A DNA stretch of 64,000 nt, taken from NCBI GenBank assembly GCA_963723535.1, contig CAVRRE010000009.1, positions 213,297 to 277,296 of the forward strand. The letters are read 5' to 3'. A model generated the notes under the pieces. It did not search any database, was not told the origin of the DNA, and worked only from the letters and a program-made list of their open reading frames with translations. Of this stretch, positions 46,113 through 56,065 are shown piece after piece (the first letter of the stretch is position 1; the number at the start of each line of letters is the position of its first letter). Position numbers and translations under genes: made by a program. The DNA is from an uncultured Acidobacteriota bacterium (GTDB taxonomy: Bacteria > Acidobacteriota > Thermoanaerobaculia > UBA5066 > Gp7-AA6).

Positions 46113-47018
46113 TCACGAGGGCTTCCCGCGGAAAGAGCTCCTCGAGCTCGGCCGAGGTGCGCATCTCGAGCACGGAGACGTCGGCGAGCGCGAGGGTCTT
46201 GACCGCTCGGGCGGCCTCTTCCTCGCTTCCGCCGGGCAGGCGCAGCTGCTCCGCCGGCCGTCTCCCTCCGGCGTCAGGCCCGCGGCCGCGAGGGCCTCGG
46301 CGGCGCGCGCGGCCTCGCTCTCGGGCACGCGGATCGTGACGCGCCGGCGGGACGCGGTCTCGCCCGTCAGGGTCTCGGTGCGGGTGAGCCGGCCATGATC
46401 GATGAACACGACACGGTCGCAGACGCGCTCGACCTCGGGAAGCTGGTGGGAGTTCAGGACGATCGTGGCGCCGCGCCGCCGGGCTTCGAGGATGCGGTCC
46501 CGCACCGTGACGACGCCCGAGGGGTCCGTGCCCGAGGCCGGCTCGTCCAGGAAGAGCAGGTCGGGATCGCGCAGCGTGGCCTGGGCGACTCCGATCCGCT
46601 GGAGCATGCCCCGGGAGTAGGTCCGGAGCTTGCGCCCGAGGGCTTCCGCCTCGAGGCCGACCCGGGCCGCCGCCGCCGCGACCTCGGCGGCCGTGCGCTT
46701 CGGGTCGCCGCCGGCGAGCCGCCAGTGGAAAGCGAGGAAATCGGCGCCGGTCAGGTCGCGGTCGAAGCCCAGCCGCTCGGGCATGTAGCCCGTGCGGGCG
46801 CGGATCGCGAGGTCGTCGACGGGGCGGCCGTCGATCGTGATCGTGCCCGAGTCCGGCCGGAGGAAGCCGAGGAGGCAGGAGAGCAGCGTCGTCTTGCCGG
46901 CGCCGTTGGGTCCGATCAGCCCGACGGTCTCGCCGCGCGCGATTTCGAGAGAGACGCCGTCGAGCGCCCGGGTCCGCCGGCGGCCGTAGGACTTCGAAAC
47001 GTTGTCGACTACGATCAC
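46113..47018 (-). CDS. ABC transporter ATP-binding protein
   Basis: MIVVDNVSKSYGRRRTRALDGVSLEIARGETVGLIGPNGAGKTTLLSCLLGFLRPDSG...LRTYSRGMLQRIGVAQATLRDPDLLFLDEPASGTDP...TIVLNSHQLPEVERVCDRVVFIDHGRL. The frame is intact for about 250 codons. The C-terminal roughly 45 residues (VLEMRTSAELEELF) need frame changes. Confidence 0.9.
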   Translation of the reverse strand: MIVVDNVSKSYGRRRTRALDGVSLEIARGETVGLIGPNGAGKTTLLSCLLGFLRPDSGTITIDGRPVDDLAIRARTGYMPERLGFDRDLTGADFLAFHWRLAGGDPKRTAAEVAAAAARVGLEAEALGRKLRTYSRGMLQRIGVAQATLRDPDLLFLDEPASGTDPSGVVTVRDRILEARRRGATIVLNSHQLPEVERVCDRVVFIDHGRLTRTETLTGETASRRRVTIRVPESEAARAAEALAAAGLTPEGDGRRSSCACPAEARKRPPERSRPSRSPTSPCSRCAPRPSSRSSFRGKPS

Positions 47019-47118
47019 GCGGCGATGATACGCGAGAGGGCCGGGGGGCCTCTGGTGGCCGGTCTCCTGGAATATGCATTATTCTTCCGCGATTTCATAG
47101 CGGGGTCCGAAGCGACGC

Positions 47119-48119
47119 ATGATCGAAGTTCAGAATCTCTCGAAGCGCTACCCGACCCGCCTCGCGGTGGACGACGTCACGTTCTCCGTGCGGGAAGGGG
47201 AGATCGTCGGGTTCCTCGGCCCCAACGGCGCCGGGAAGACCACGACGATGCGGGTCCTGACGGGATTCCTCCCGCCGAGCTCCGGCACGGCGCGCGTCGC
47301 CGGGCACGACATCGTGACCCAGTCGAACGCGGCGCGCGCTTCGCTCGGCTATCTGCCGGAGTCCGCCGCCACGTACCCCGAGATGCGCGTCCGCGAGTAC
47401 CTCGCGTTCCGCGCGCGGCTCGAGGGCGTCCCGAGCGGGCTCGTGCGGACCCGCGTGGCGGAGGCCCTCGAGCGGTGCCTCCTCGGCGGAAGTGGCCGAG
47501 CGGAAGATCGAGAATCTCTCCAAGGGCTTCAAGCAGCGCACGGCGCTCGCCGGGGCGCTCGTGCACCAGCCCCGGTCCTGATCCTCGACGAGCCGACGAT
47601 CGGGCTCGACCCGGTCCAGATCATCAAGATCCGCGAGATGATCCGCGAGCTCGGGAGGAACCGTGCCGTGCTGCTCTCGACGCACATCCTGCCCGAGGTC
47701 GAGGCGGTCTGCGACCGCGTCCTCATCATCGACCGCGGGAGGATCGTCGCCGAGGGCACGCCCTCGGAGCTGCGCGGCCGAAGCTCGCCGGCACGCCCGT
47801 CGTCCATGTCGTCGTTCCGGGGCGCCGTTGCGGCGCGGGAGGCCTCGCGGCGCTGCCCGGCGTCATCTCGGTCGAGATCGACGAGGCGCCGGGCGAGACG
47901 CGCGCCCGCGCTGACGTGCGCGCCGGAGAGCGACCCCCGCGAGGAAGTCTTCCGGCTCGCGGTCGAGAAGGGCTGGGTGCTCCGGGAGCTCGGGCTGCGA
48001 GGCGATGACGCTCGAGGACGTCTTCGTGCGGCTGACGCGCCATGACGAGGCGGCTCCGGCGGCGCCCGGCCGCGGCGGCCCGCGCGCGGACGCCGAGGCC
48101 GGAGGGCCCCGCATCGTGA
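47119..48119 (+). CDS. ABC transporter ATP-binding protein, GldA-like
   Basis: MIEVQNLSKRYPTRLAVDDVTFSVREGEIVGFLGPNGAGKTTTMRVLTGFLPPSSGTARVAGHD..., [84 protein letters not shown] and ...MTLEDVFVRLT. Several frame changes. The stop is inferred at TGA 48117-48119. Confidence 0.85.
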
Positions 48120-48856
48120 GGAAGCTCTTCGCGATCGTCGGGCGCGAGTGGCGGGCCTACTTCTTCTCGCCGCTCGCCTACGTGATCCTCGCGGCCTACA
48201 TGTTCCTGAACGGCTTCATCTTCTCCCGCATCGTCGCCTTCCTGTCCACGCCGGGAGTCCCGCGGGAGCGGTTCCTGTCGCTGATGTTCACGAACACCTA
48301 CTTCTGGATCTTCACGCTCTTCATCGTGCCGATCATCACGATGCGGCTGCTCGCCGAGGAGCGCAAGGCCGGCACGCTCGAGGTGCTGCTGACCTCTCCC
48401 GTCTCGGAGGCGACCGTCGTCCTCGGAAAGTTCCTCGGCGCCCTCGGCTTCTTCCTCGTCGTCTGGATCCCGAGCCTGGTCTTCGTCCTGTACCTCGGGC
48501 TCGCAGACCGCCGTCGACTTCGGCGCCGTGGCCTCGGGCTACCTCGGCATCGCTCTCATCGGGGCGTACTTCATCGCGATCGGCGTCTTCGCCTCGACGC
48601 TGACCAAGAACCAGATCGTCGCGGCGATCCTGGCCTTCGCGATGCTCATCCCGCTCTTCTCGGCCGGGCTCTTCCAGTCGGGCGCCGACCCGAGCCGCCA
48701 GAGCATCGATCGACTACCTCAACATGTGGGACCACATGGACGAGTTCGCGCGCGGCGATCGTCGATACGCGCCGGCTCGTCTACTACCTCTCGGGCATGG
48801 CGTTCTTCCTGTTCCTCTCGACGGTGATCCTGTCGTCGAAGAAGGAGACGCCGTGA
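48116..48856 (+). CDS. ABC-2 permease, GldF-like
   Basis: VRKLFAIVGREWRAYFFSPLAYVILAAYMFLNGFIFSRIVAFL...FTNTYFWIFTLFIVPIITMRLLAEERKAGTLEVLLTSPVSEATVVLGKFLGALGFFLVVWIPSLVFVLYL, then ASGYLGIALIGAYFIAIGVFASTLTKNQIVAAILAFAMLIPLF and ...RGIVDTRRLVYYLSGMAFFLFLSTVIL. Confidence 0.8.
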   Translation: MRKLFAIVGREWRAYFFSPLAYVILAAYMFLNGFIFSRIVAFLSTPGVPRERFLSLMFTNTYFWIFTLFIVPIITMRLLAEERKAGTLEVLLTSPVSEATVVLGKFLGALGFFLVVWIPSLVFVLYLGLADRRRLRRRGLGLPRHRSHRGVLHRDRRLRLDADQEPDRRGDPGLRDAHPALLGRALPVGRRPEPPEHRSTTSTCGTTWTSSRAAIVDTRRLVYYLSGMAFFLFLSTVILSSKKETP

Positions 48857-50343
48857 GCGCCCGCAGCCTGCGCACCGGCACGTCGGCCGTCGGCATCGTG
48901 CTCGCGGCCGCGCTGCTTCTCGGGGTCAACTATCTCGCGGCCGCGCCACTGGGCCCGGGCCGACTGGACGCGCGACCCGGATCTACTCGCTCTCCGAGAC
49001 AGACGAAGAAGATCCTCGCGGGCCTGCAAGGCGCCGGTGCGCGTCACCGTCTTCATGACGCCGCAGACAGTCGCGCCTCCTGCCCGAGGTCAAGGAGCTC
49101 CTGACCCGCTACCAGGCGCTCTCGCCGAAGATCGAGGTGGAGTACCTCGACCCCGAGCGCAATCCGGCCCGCGCCGAGGCCCTCATCAAGGAGTCCGCCG
49201 GCGTGCGCGCTGAACACCGTCGTCTTCCGCTCGGGCGACCGCAAGAAGTTCGTCGCCGGAGGACAAGCTCGCCGACTTCGACTTCGCGGGCATGCGGGCA
49301 GGGCGGCGCTCCGTCGCTCAAGGCGTTCAAGGGCGAGGAGGCCTTCACCTCGGCGATCCTGTCGGTGACCGAGGACGAAGCAGCCGAAGATCGTTTTCTC
49401 GACAGGGCCACGGCGAGGCGTCGCTGGACTCGAGCGAGCGGGGCCGCGGCTATGCCGAGGTCAAGCAGATGCTCGAGCGCGACAACATGACCGTCGCGAC
49501 GTGGGACGTCGCTCGGCAAGGACAGACCTCCCGGCCGACGCGGACGTCGTCGTGGTCGCCGGGCCCGCAGACCGCGTTTCTCGCTCCCGAGGCCGGCGCC
49601 CTCGACAGAGTACCTCGCCGGCGGCGGGCCGCGCCCTGATCCTGCTCGATCCCGTGCTGCCCGGGACCGGGCGCGCCGCCGCCCGACCTCGGGTTCCGGG
49701 GCCTCGCCGACAAGTACGGGATCAAGCTCGGCGACGACATCGTGATCGATCCGGCCAACGCCCTGGCGCAGATGGGCGCCGAGGTCGTGCTCGCCGACCG
49801 CTACGGCAACCATCCGATCGTGCGGCTCGCTCGCCGACGAGAAGCTGCCGGTCATCTTCCAGCTCTCCCGCTCCGTGACGAAGGCCGAGAAGCCGCCGGA
49901 GGGCGTCGCCGAGACGATGCTCGTCGAGACCTCGCCCGAGGGCTGGGGCAGAGCGGAACCTGAGGAACCTCGCGAGCGAGGTCAAGAAGGATCCCGACCG
50001 ACGCCGCCGGGTCCGATCTCGCTGGCGGTCGCCGTCGGTCCGGCCGACGAGGCGAAGCCCGCGGCGCCTTCGAGCGCCGCGCCGGATCGTCCTCGTCGGC
50101 AACTCGCGCTTCGCGACCAACGGCGCGCTCGCGAACGGCGCCAACGGCATCTTCTTCGCGAACGCGATCCACTGGCTCGCGGGCGCCGAGAAGCAGATCG
50201 GCATCCCGCCCAAGACGCCCGACCAGTCGTCGCTGACGCTGTCGGAGAGCCAGCTCCGCCGGATCGCCATCGCGAGCATCGCCGGCCTGCCCGCGCTGGC
50301 GATCCTGCTCGGCCTGTGGGTCTGGTACCGCCGGAGGGACTGA
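48853..50343 (+). CDS. ABC-transport auxiliary component, GldG-like
   Basis: GTG 48853 overlaps the previous stop. Sequence: SARSLRTGTSAVGIVLAAALLLGVNYLAA, IYSLS.QTKKIL, VEYLDPERNPARAEALIKE, VVFRSGDRKKFV, FKGEEAFTSAILSVTE, DNMTVATWDV, LILLDPVLP, IVIDPANAL...VLADRYGNHPIV and C-terminal IHWLAGAEKQIGIPPKTPDQSSLTLSESQLRRIAIASIAGLPALAILLGLWVWYRRRD. Many frame changes. Confidence 0.7.
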
Positions 50344-50347
50344 GCGC

Positions 50348-51726
50348 GTGTCGCCCCGCAAGCTCGTCGTTCTCACGGCGGTCGTCGCGGTCCTCTTCGC
50401 GTTCATCGCTCTCTTCGAGCGCAAGATGCCCTCGACCGCCGACCGGCAGCGGAAGGGCGAGCTCTACTGGGACCTGCCCGAGGACCGGATCGACGCAGCT
50501 GACGCTGACGCGCGAGGGCGAGACGCTCGAGTTCCAGCGGAACGGGGACGGCGCCCTGGCGCATGGTCAAGCCGGCTCCGTATCCGGCGGATGCGTTCGC
50601 GGTCAACGGCCTCGCGTCCGAGCTCGCCGACCTGAAGCGCGCCGGCAGCGACTCGGGAGAGGCGAAGCCCGAGGCCTTCGGCCTCGACAAGCCGGTCGCG
50701 AAGGCGACGCTCGTCTGGACCGAGGCGGGCGACGCCGTCGGAGAAGCAGACGCGGACGCTCGAGTTCGGCGGCGCGCGATGCCGGGCACCGACATGACGG
50801 CCGCCCGGGTGGCGGGCCAGACCGGGTGCTCTTCGTGCCGTCCTCGGTCCTCGACGGCTGTCCGCAGACCGGCCGACGAGTACCGGAGCCGCGAGCTCTT
50901 CGGCGGCTCCGTCCTCGGAGGTGTCCCGCGTCTGAGATCAGCCGGGGACAGGGGAGCCTCGTGCTCGCCCGGCGGGAAGGCGTCTGGTGGATCTCGCAGC
51001 CCTTCGCCGACCTCGCCGACGCCGTCCGCGGCCGACCGTCTCGTCGGACGAGCTGACGCGCCCTGCGCGGCGCGCGACTTCATCCACTCGAACGAGGATC
51101 TCGCCGCGCTCTCCCTCAGTCCGCCGCTCTACCGCGTCAGCCTGACGGGGGACAAGGGGTCGTGAGCGGCCGTGGACTTCGGGGCGACACGGTCGGACGG
51201 CAACACCATCTACGCCCGCCGCGACGGGCAGGTGCTTCACGGTCGAGCGCGACATCGTCGACGAGCTCTCGAAGGAGGCGGAGCCCTTCCGCTCGACCGC
51301 GCTCGTCGCGCTTCGACCGCGGCGACGTGGCTGCGGTCGAGGCGGCGTTCGGCGAGACGAGCTATCGCCCTCGCGCAGAAGGCGGGCGGCTGGTCCGCGG
51401 GGGGCCGGCCCGTTCTGGCGGCGGCGGCGGACGACGTTCTGCGAGCCGATCCTGGACCTGAAGAGCCGGGCGTTCGTCGACGAGACGGCGGCCAAAGCGC
51501 TCGAGCCCGCGACGGCCACCGTGGCCATCAAGAACAAGACCGGGGCGGGCGCCGCCTGGACGATCCACTTCCATCCCCGCGCGACCGACGTCGTCGCCCG
51601 CGTCTCGGGGCGGCCGGGCGGCTTCGCCGTCCGCAAGGACATCGTCGAAGAGCTCAGGGGGCCTTCCTCAAGGCCGCGACGCCGCCGACGCCCGCTCCGA
51701 CGAAGAAGCCGACGAAGAAACCGTAG
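50348..51726 (+). CDS. DUF4340-like protein (commonly follows GldG-type genes)
   Basis: VSPRKLVVLTAVVAVLFAFIALFERKMPSTADRQRKGELYWDL, QLTLTREGETLEFQRNGDGAWRMVKPAPYPADAFAVNGLASELADLKR, FGLDKPVAKATLVW, SLSPPLYRVSLTGDKG, VDFGATRSDGNTIYARRDGQV, WTIHFHPRATDVVARVSGRPGGFAVRKDIVEEL, and a PTPAPTKKPTKKP tail. Many frame changes. The family call is from recollection. Confidence 0.5.
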
Positions 51727-51755
51727 GGGGCGCGGGAGGGCGGGGCCGGAAGCGC

Positions 51756-53204
51756 CTACCGCCGGCCGGTGAGGTGCGGGGCCTTCTTCGCGGCCTCGGC
51801 CTCGAGCTCGGCGATCCGCTTCTGGCGCTTGGCCTCCTTGTCGTCGGCGGCCTTCGTCTTCTTCTCCTTGGCCTTGGAGAACGACGTGGAGAGCGAGAAG
51901 AGCAGGCCCTTTCCCTTGGGCGGTTTGGCGCGCCGCGCCGTCGCCCCCCAGAACTTGGTCTTCTTGAAGACGGCCTCGGTGAAGTCGGAGTTGGCGAGGT
52001 CGGCGCCCTTCAGGTCGGCCCCGCTGAAGTTCGCGCCGATGGCCCGGGCGAACCGGAGGTCGGCTTCCTGGAGGTTGGCGCTCCGAGAAGTTGGCCCCGA
52101 TCAGAAGCGAGCCCGAGAGGTCGGTGTCGAAGCCCTTGCAGCCCGAGAAAGTCGGCGCGCTTCAGGTTGGCCAGCCGGAAGCTCCCGAGCGAGAGGTCGG
52201 CGCGCTGAGAAGTTGACGCCCTCCGCCTGCACCTCGGCGAGATCCGCGTTCGGAGAACGTGGCCCCGACGAAGGAGTAGGGCTTGAGGTTCGCGCGCCGG
52301 AAGATCGACCTTGGAGAGGTCGGCGCCCTGGAAGTTGGCCTTCTCGAAGCGGGCGGAGCGCAGGTCGACCTCGGTCAGCTTGGCGTCGGCGAAGCTGACG
52401 TCGGCGCCGCCGGCGTCGAGGAAGATCGCGCGCCTGAGGTCGGCCTTGCGAAGCCTTGGCGCGGTCGAAGCCGGCCGCCGGTGAAGTTCGCCTCGACGGC
52501 CGAGAGGAGCTCCATGTCGGCGTCGGTGAACATCCGCCCGCTCGCAGTCCGCGGCGTTCATGGCCGCCTGGCGCAGGATCGCGCCGGTGAAGTTGGCCTT
52601 GCGCAGGTCCGCGCCCGACAGGTCCGCGGTCTTGAGATTCGCGCCCGTGAAGTTCGCGTTCGGGAACGAGCCCCGCACCGCCGAGATGCCCCTCGAGGAC
52701 CGCCCGCGAGAGGTCCGCGCCGTCGAACTGGGCGCCCGCCGATCTTCACGCCGCGGAAGTTGACGTCGCGCAGGTTCGCGCCGGCGAAGTTCGCTCCGGA
52801 GAGGTCGGCGCCTTCGAGACGCGTGAACGAGAGGTCGGCGCCGGCGAAGTCCGCCCCGACGAGCGACGTGCTCTGCAGCGAGGCGGAGCGGAAGCGGGCG
52901 CCCGCGAAGAAGACCTTCGAGAAATCCAGGAAGTCGAGCGCGCAGTGCTCGAGGATCGCGCCCGGCGCCTGCATGCCCCTCGAACTTCGCGTTGCGGAGC
53001 GTGGCGCGCGAGAGGTCCGTGCCCGACAGCGTGGCGCGCGAGAGGTCGGCGCGCGTCAGGTCGGCGCGCTTGAGATCCCGGCCGGAGATGTCTTGTCCGT
53101 GAGGTCGGCGCCCGGTCAGATCCGGAGTCACATTCGGCGTTCTTGGTGCGCCAGTCGTTCCACTCGGGTGTGAGGAGAATCCGCAAGTGCTCGGGATTGG
53201 CCAT
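51756..53204 (-). CDS. long pentapeptide-repeat protein with Lys/Ala/Glu-rich C-terminal tail
   Basis: ATG 53204 gives MANPEHLRILLT. After that, essentially the whole gene reads as A(D/N)LxG-type repeats across successive frames: DLKRADLTRADLSRATLSGTDLSRATLRNAKFEG; ADFAGADLSFTRLEGADLSGANFAGANLRDVNFRG; ANFTGANLKTADLSGADLRKANFTG; ADLKGADLANSDFTEAVF. The tail is KPPKGKGLLFSLSTSFSKAKEKKTKAADDKEAKRQKRIAELEAEAAKKAP, ending at TAG 51756-51758. Confidence 0.8.
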
Positions 53205-53213
53205 GTGCCGGTC

Positions 53214-53249
53214 ATTGTAACCGGCCCGCCGGGGAAGGCGCGTTACAAT
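53214..53249. promoter_or_regulatory. 8-bp perfect inverted repeat in the divergent intergenic region (candidate operator/promoter elements)
   Basis: ATTGTAAC (53214-53221) and GTTACAAT (53242-53249) are separated by 20 GC-rich nt. They are the only AT-rich blocks between the pentapeptide gene start (53204) and the AAA+ gene start (53258). Each arm contains TTGTAA/TACAAT hexamers, but their spacing (23 nt) is not a canonical sigma70 spacing. Confidence 0.35.
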
Positions 53250-53257
53250 CGCTGGCG

Positions 53258-54810
53258 ATGAGCACCGCCACGACGACGACGACCGCCGATCGCCGCGCCT
53301 TCGAAGGCGATGGATCGGATCCGCAAGGCCCTTCTCGGAGGTCATCCGCTGCTCTACGTGTTGACCTGGGAGGAGGCGCGCGTCGAGCGCCTGGCGCAGC
53401 ACCTCGCGAAGACGTTCTACGGCGCGCCCTCGCCCTACGGCGTGTGGTCGGTCGTCGAGGGGCTCGTCGTCGACGGGAACCCGCTGCCGGGCACGCAGGA
53501 TCCGCTCAAGGCCCTCGAGGCGATCCTCGCCGCCAGCGGCAAGGGCTTCTACCTCATGAAGGATTTCCCGACCGCGGGCGACGGCCGTCCGGAAGATCAT
53601 CCGCCGCATGCGCGACCTCTACCGCGCCCTGAAGGAACGCGGCCGGCACGTCCTCTTCGTCTCGCCGCGACTCGCGATTCCGGAGGACGCCAAGAAGGAG
53701 ATCTACGTCGTCGAGTACGAGCTGCCCGGACGACGCGCGAGATCTCCAAGATCCTCGAGGCGCACCTGCGCCGCCGCCTCGGCATCGAGATCGAGGAGGC
53801 CGCGATGCGCCGCCTCGCGCTCGCGATGCGGGGGCTGACGGCCGACGAGATCGGCCACCTCGTCTCCAAGGTCTTCGCGCGCGCAAGAAGGCTTCGACGA
53901 GCCCGCGTTTCTCGAGGTCCTCGCCGAGAAGGAGCAGATGTCCCGCAAGGAGGGCGTGCTCGAGTTCGTGCCGCCCCGCTTCTCGCTCGAGGACATCGGC
54001 GGCTACGCGGTCCTGAAGACCTGGCTGCTGAAGCGGCAGGCGCTCTTCTCGAAGGACGCCCTGGACGCCGGAATCCCGATCCCCAAGGGCATCCTGCTGA
54101 TGGGGATCTCGGGCTGCGGGAAGAGCCTCTGCGTCAAGACGATCTCGACGCTCTGGAACCTGCCGCTCTTCCGGCTCGACATGAACGCGGTCTTCGGGAC
54201 GGACAACGCCGAGATGACGTTCCTCCGGGCGCTGCGCGCCGTCGAGGCCGTCTCGCCGGCCGTGCTCTGGATCGACGAGATCGAGATGGGCGTCGGCGGG
54301 ATACCGGGAGGGCCAGGACGCCTCGATGTCGCGCATCTTCTCGGGGTTTCTGACCTGGATGCAGGAGAAGGCCGCGCTCGTCTTCGTCGCGGCCACGGCC
54401 AACCGGATCCACCTCCTCCCGGCCGAGATCATCCGCAAGGGCCGCTTCGACCAGGTCTTCTTCGTCGACCTGCCGAACGAGGAGGAGCGCAAGCAGATCT
54501 TCGGCATCCACCTGAAGAAGAACAAGTGCGACGTCGGCCGCTTCGACCTCGTCTTCCTCGCCAAGGCGACCAACGGCTGGAACGGCGCCGAGATCGAGCA
54601 GGCGGTCATCTCCGCCGTCGTCGACGCTTACGCCGAGACCCGCTCGCTCAACGAGGACGACCTCTATCGGATGATCTCGGCGACGGTGCCGCTCGCCGTG
54701 ACGATGGAGGAGCAGATCAAGGCGATCCGCAGCTGGGCCCACGAGCGGGCGCTCAACGCCTCGCGTGCCGACGCAGCGCTCGTCGACGCCGACGCGTGCC
54801 GTCATCCTGA
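53258..54810 (+). CDS. Ycf46-like AAA+ ATPase (N-terminal domain plus single CDC48-type AAA module)
   Basis: MDRIRKALLGGHPLLYVLTWEEARVERLAQHLA..., GKGFYLMKDFP, MRDLYRALKERGRHVLFVSPRLAIPEDAKKEIYVVEYELP, MRGLTADEIGHLVSKVF, and the AAA core LEDIGGYAVLKTWLLKR...IPIPKGILLMGISGCGKSLCVKTISTLWNLPLFRLDM...AVLWIDEIE...FLTWMQEK...VFVAATANRIHLLPAEIIRKGRFDQVFFVDLPNEEERKQIFGIHL...GWNGAEIEQAV. Start is 53258 or 53310. The 3' end is approximate. Confidence 0.75.
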
Positions 54811-54889
54811 GGAGCGAAGCGACGAGGATCCCGGACTCGATTGCCAGCGTCGCCGTCGAGTCGGGATCCTTCGCTGCGCTCAGGATGAC
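54801..54889. repeat. 89-bp imperfect palindromic (REP/MITE-like) element
   Basis: Left arm: GTCATCCTGAGGAGCGAAGCGACGAGGATCCCGGACTCGA (54801-54840). Reverse complement of right arm 54856-54889: GTCATCCTGAGCGCAGCGAAGGATCCCGACTCGA. They share blocks of 11, 7 and 7 nt, with a 15-nt loop. The element lies between the convergent AAA+ and LON-domain genes. Confidence 0.6.
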
Positions 54890-54927
54890 TCTGCCGGGGC
54901 GCTCGTCGGAGACGGCGTCCGCGCAAG

Positions 54928-55580
54928 TCAGTTCCGCCTCGGGTCCAGATCCGGCGGCCGGAACGGCGCCAGAAACCGCAGGCGCCCCTTCCACTCGAGC
55001 ATCCGCCCGGTGAGCGTCTCGAACCGCGAGGCGAGCGAGTCGGTTTCGAGGATCGCCTGGAGCTCGGGGGGCGTGTAGCGCAGGCGAAGAGCGATCTCGG
55101 AGGCGAGCCGCTCGGGCGAGAACACCTCGTCCGGCAGCGGCGGCAGCTCCAGTTCCTGGGCGACGTTGCCGAAGAGCGCCGCCGCGGCGCGCGTGATGCG
55201 CTGCTCCTCGTCCCGATCGGGGAACGGGAACCGAGCGAATCTCCTCGACGCGGGCGATCCGGTAGGGATTCGCCGGCGCCTCCTCGACGCACGCGGTAGC
55301 GGAAGCGGCCCTCGAGGAGGATGTTGTACCGACCGTCCTCGAGCTCCTCGGACTCCACGATCTCGCCGGCCCCGCCGACGGGGTAGATCCGCGGATCGTC
55401 GCCGCCGGACTCCCACCCCGGGTAGAGCATCGCCATGCCGATCGTCCGGTCTCGCCCGCGAGCGCGTCGGCGACCATGGCCCGATAGCGGGGCTCGAAGA
55501 TGTGGAGCGGAAGGATCGTGCCGGGCATCAGGACGACGCCCGGGCAGGGGGAAGAGGGGGATCCGGCGGGAGACCGTCAA
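54928..55580 (-). CDS. LON peptidase N-terminal (substrate-binding) domain protein
   Basis: TTG 55580 gives MTVSRRIPLFPLPG, then VLMPGTILPLHIFEPRYRAMVADALAG, DRTIGMAMLYPGWESGGDDPRIYPVGGAGEIVESEELEDGRYNILLEGRFRYRV, PYRIARVEEI, and FPDRDEEQRITRAAAALFGNVAQ...LRYTPPELQAILETDSLASRFETLTGRMLEW. Three or four frame changes. Confidence 0.7.
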
Positions 55581-55981
55581 GGCGCCCCCGCGGGCGACTC
55601 GGGGCCGCGGCTCTCGGCCGCGCGGCTCAGGGCGAGGACGTAGGCCACCGTCTGCCGGATCTCCTCGTCGGTCAGCTTACCCTCGAACTTCGGCATCGGG
55701 TCCTTGCCGTCGCGGATCTGCAGCTCGATCGCCGCCGCGCTGCCGTCGGAGCGCCATTTTCCGTCGATCAGGTTCGCGTAGGGAAAGTGCCCTGCCACGA
55801 TCGTCTTGCCGTCGCCGCTGGCCGCGTGGCAGGAGGCGCACTTGCGCTCGAAGATCCGGCGGCCCGCGGCCTCGTCCCGGCCGGCGCGGGCCCCCTCCGG
55901 CAGCGGAGCGTTGTTGCAGGCGGCGGCGAAGCCCGCCGCGAACACCGCGAGAAGCCGCGCCCACAGGCGCCGCGTTCGCAC
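55577..55981 (-). CDS. c-type cytochrome lipoprotein
   Basis: Intact 134-aa ORF. It has a lipobox (LLAVFAAGFAAAC), the heme motif CASCH and a distal Met region (GKDPMPKFEG). Its stop overlaps the TTG start of the downstream LON-domain gene. Confidence 0.85.
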   Translation of the reverse strand: MRTRRLWARLLAVFAAGFAAACNNAPLPEGARAGRDEAAGRRIFERKCASCHAASGDGKTIVAGHFPYANLIDGKWRSDGSAAAIELQIRDGKDPMPKFEGKLTDEEIRQTVAYVLALSRAAESRGPESPAGAP

Positions 55982-56065
55982 GCGCGGCAGTCTAGCGCAC
56001 GGCCTTCGGCGGGCCTCCTCCTTGACCCAACCTTCATTTGGGGCCTGTGCTAACTTCCCGCCCTC

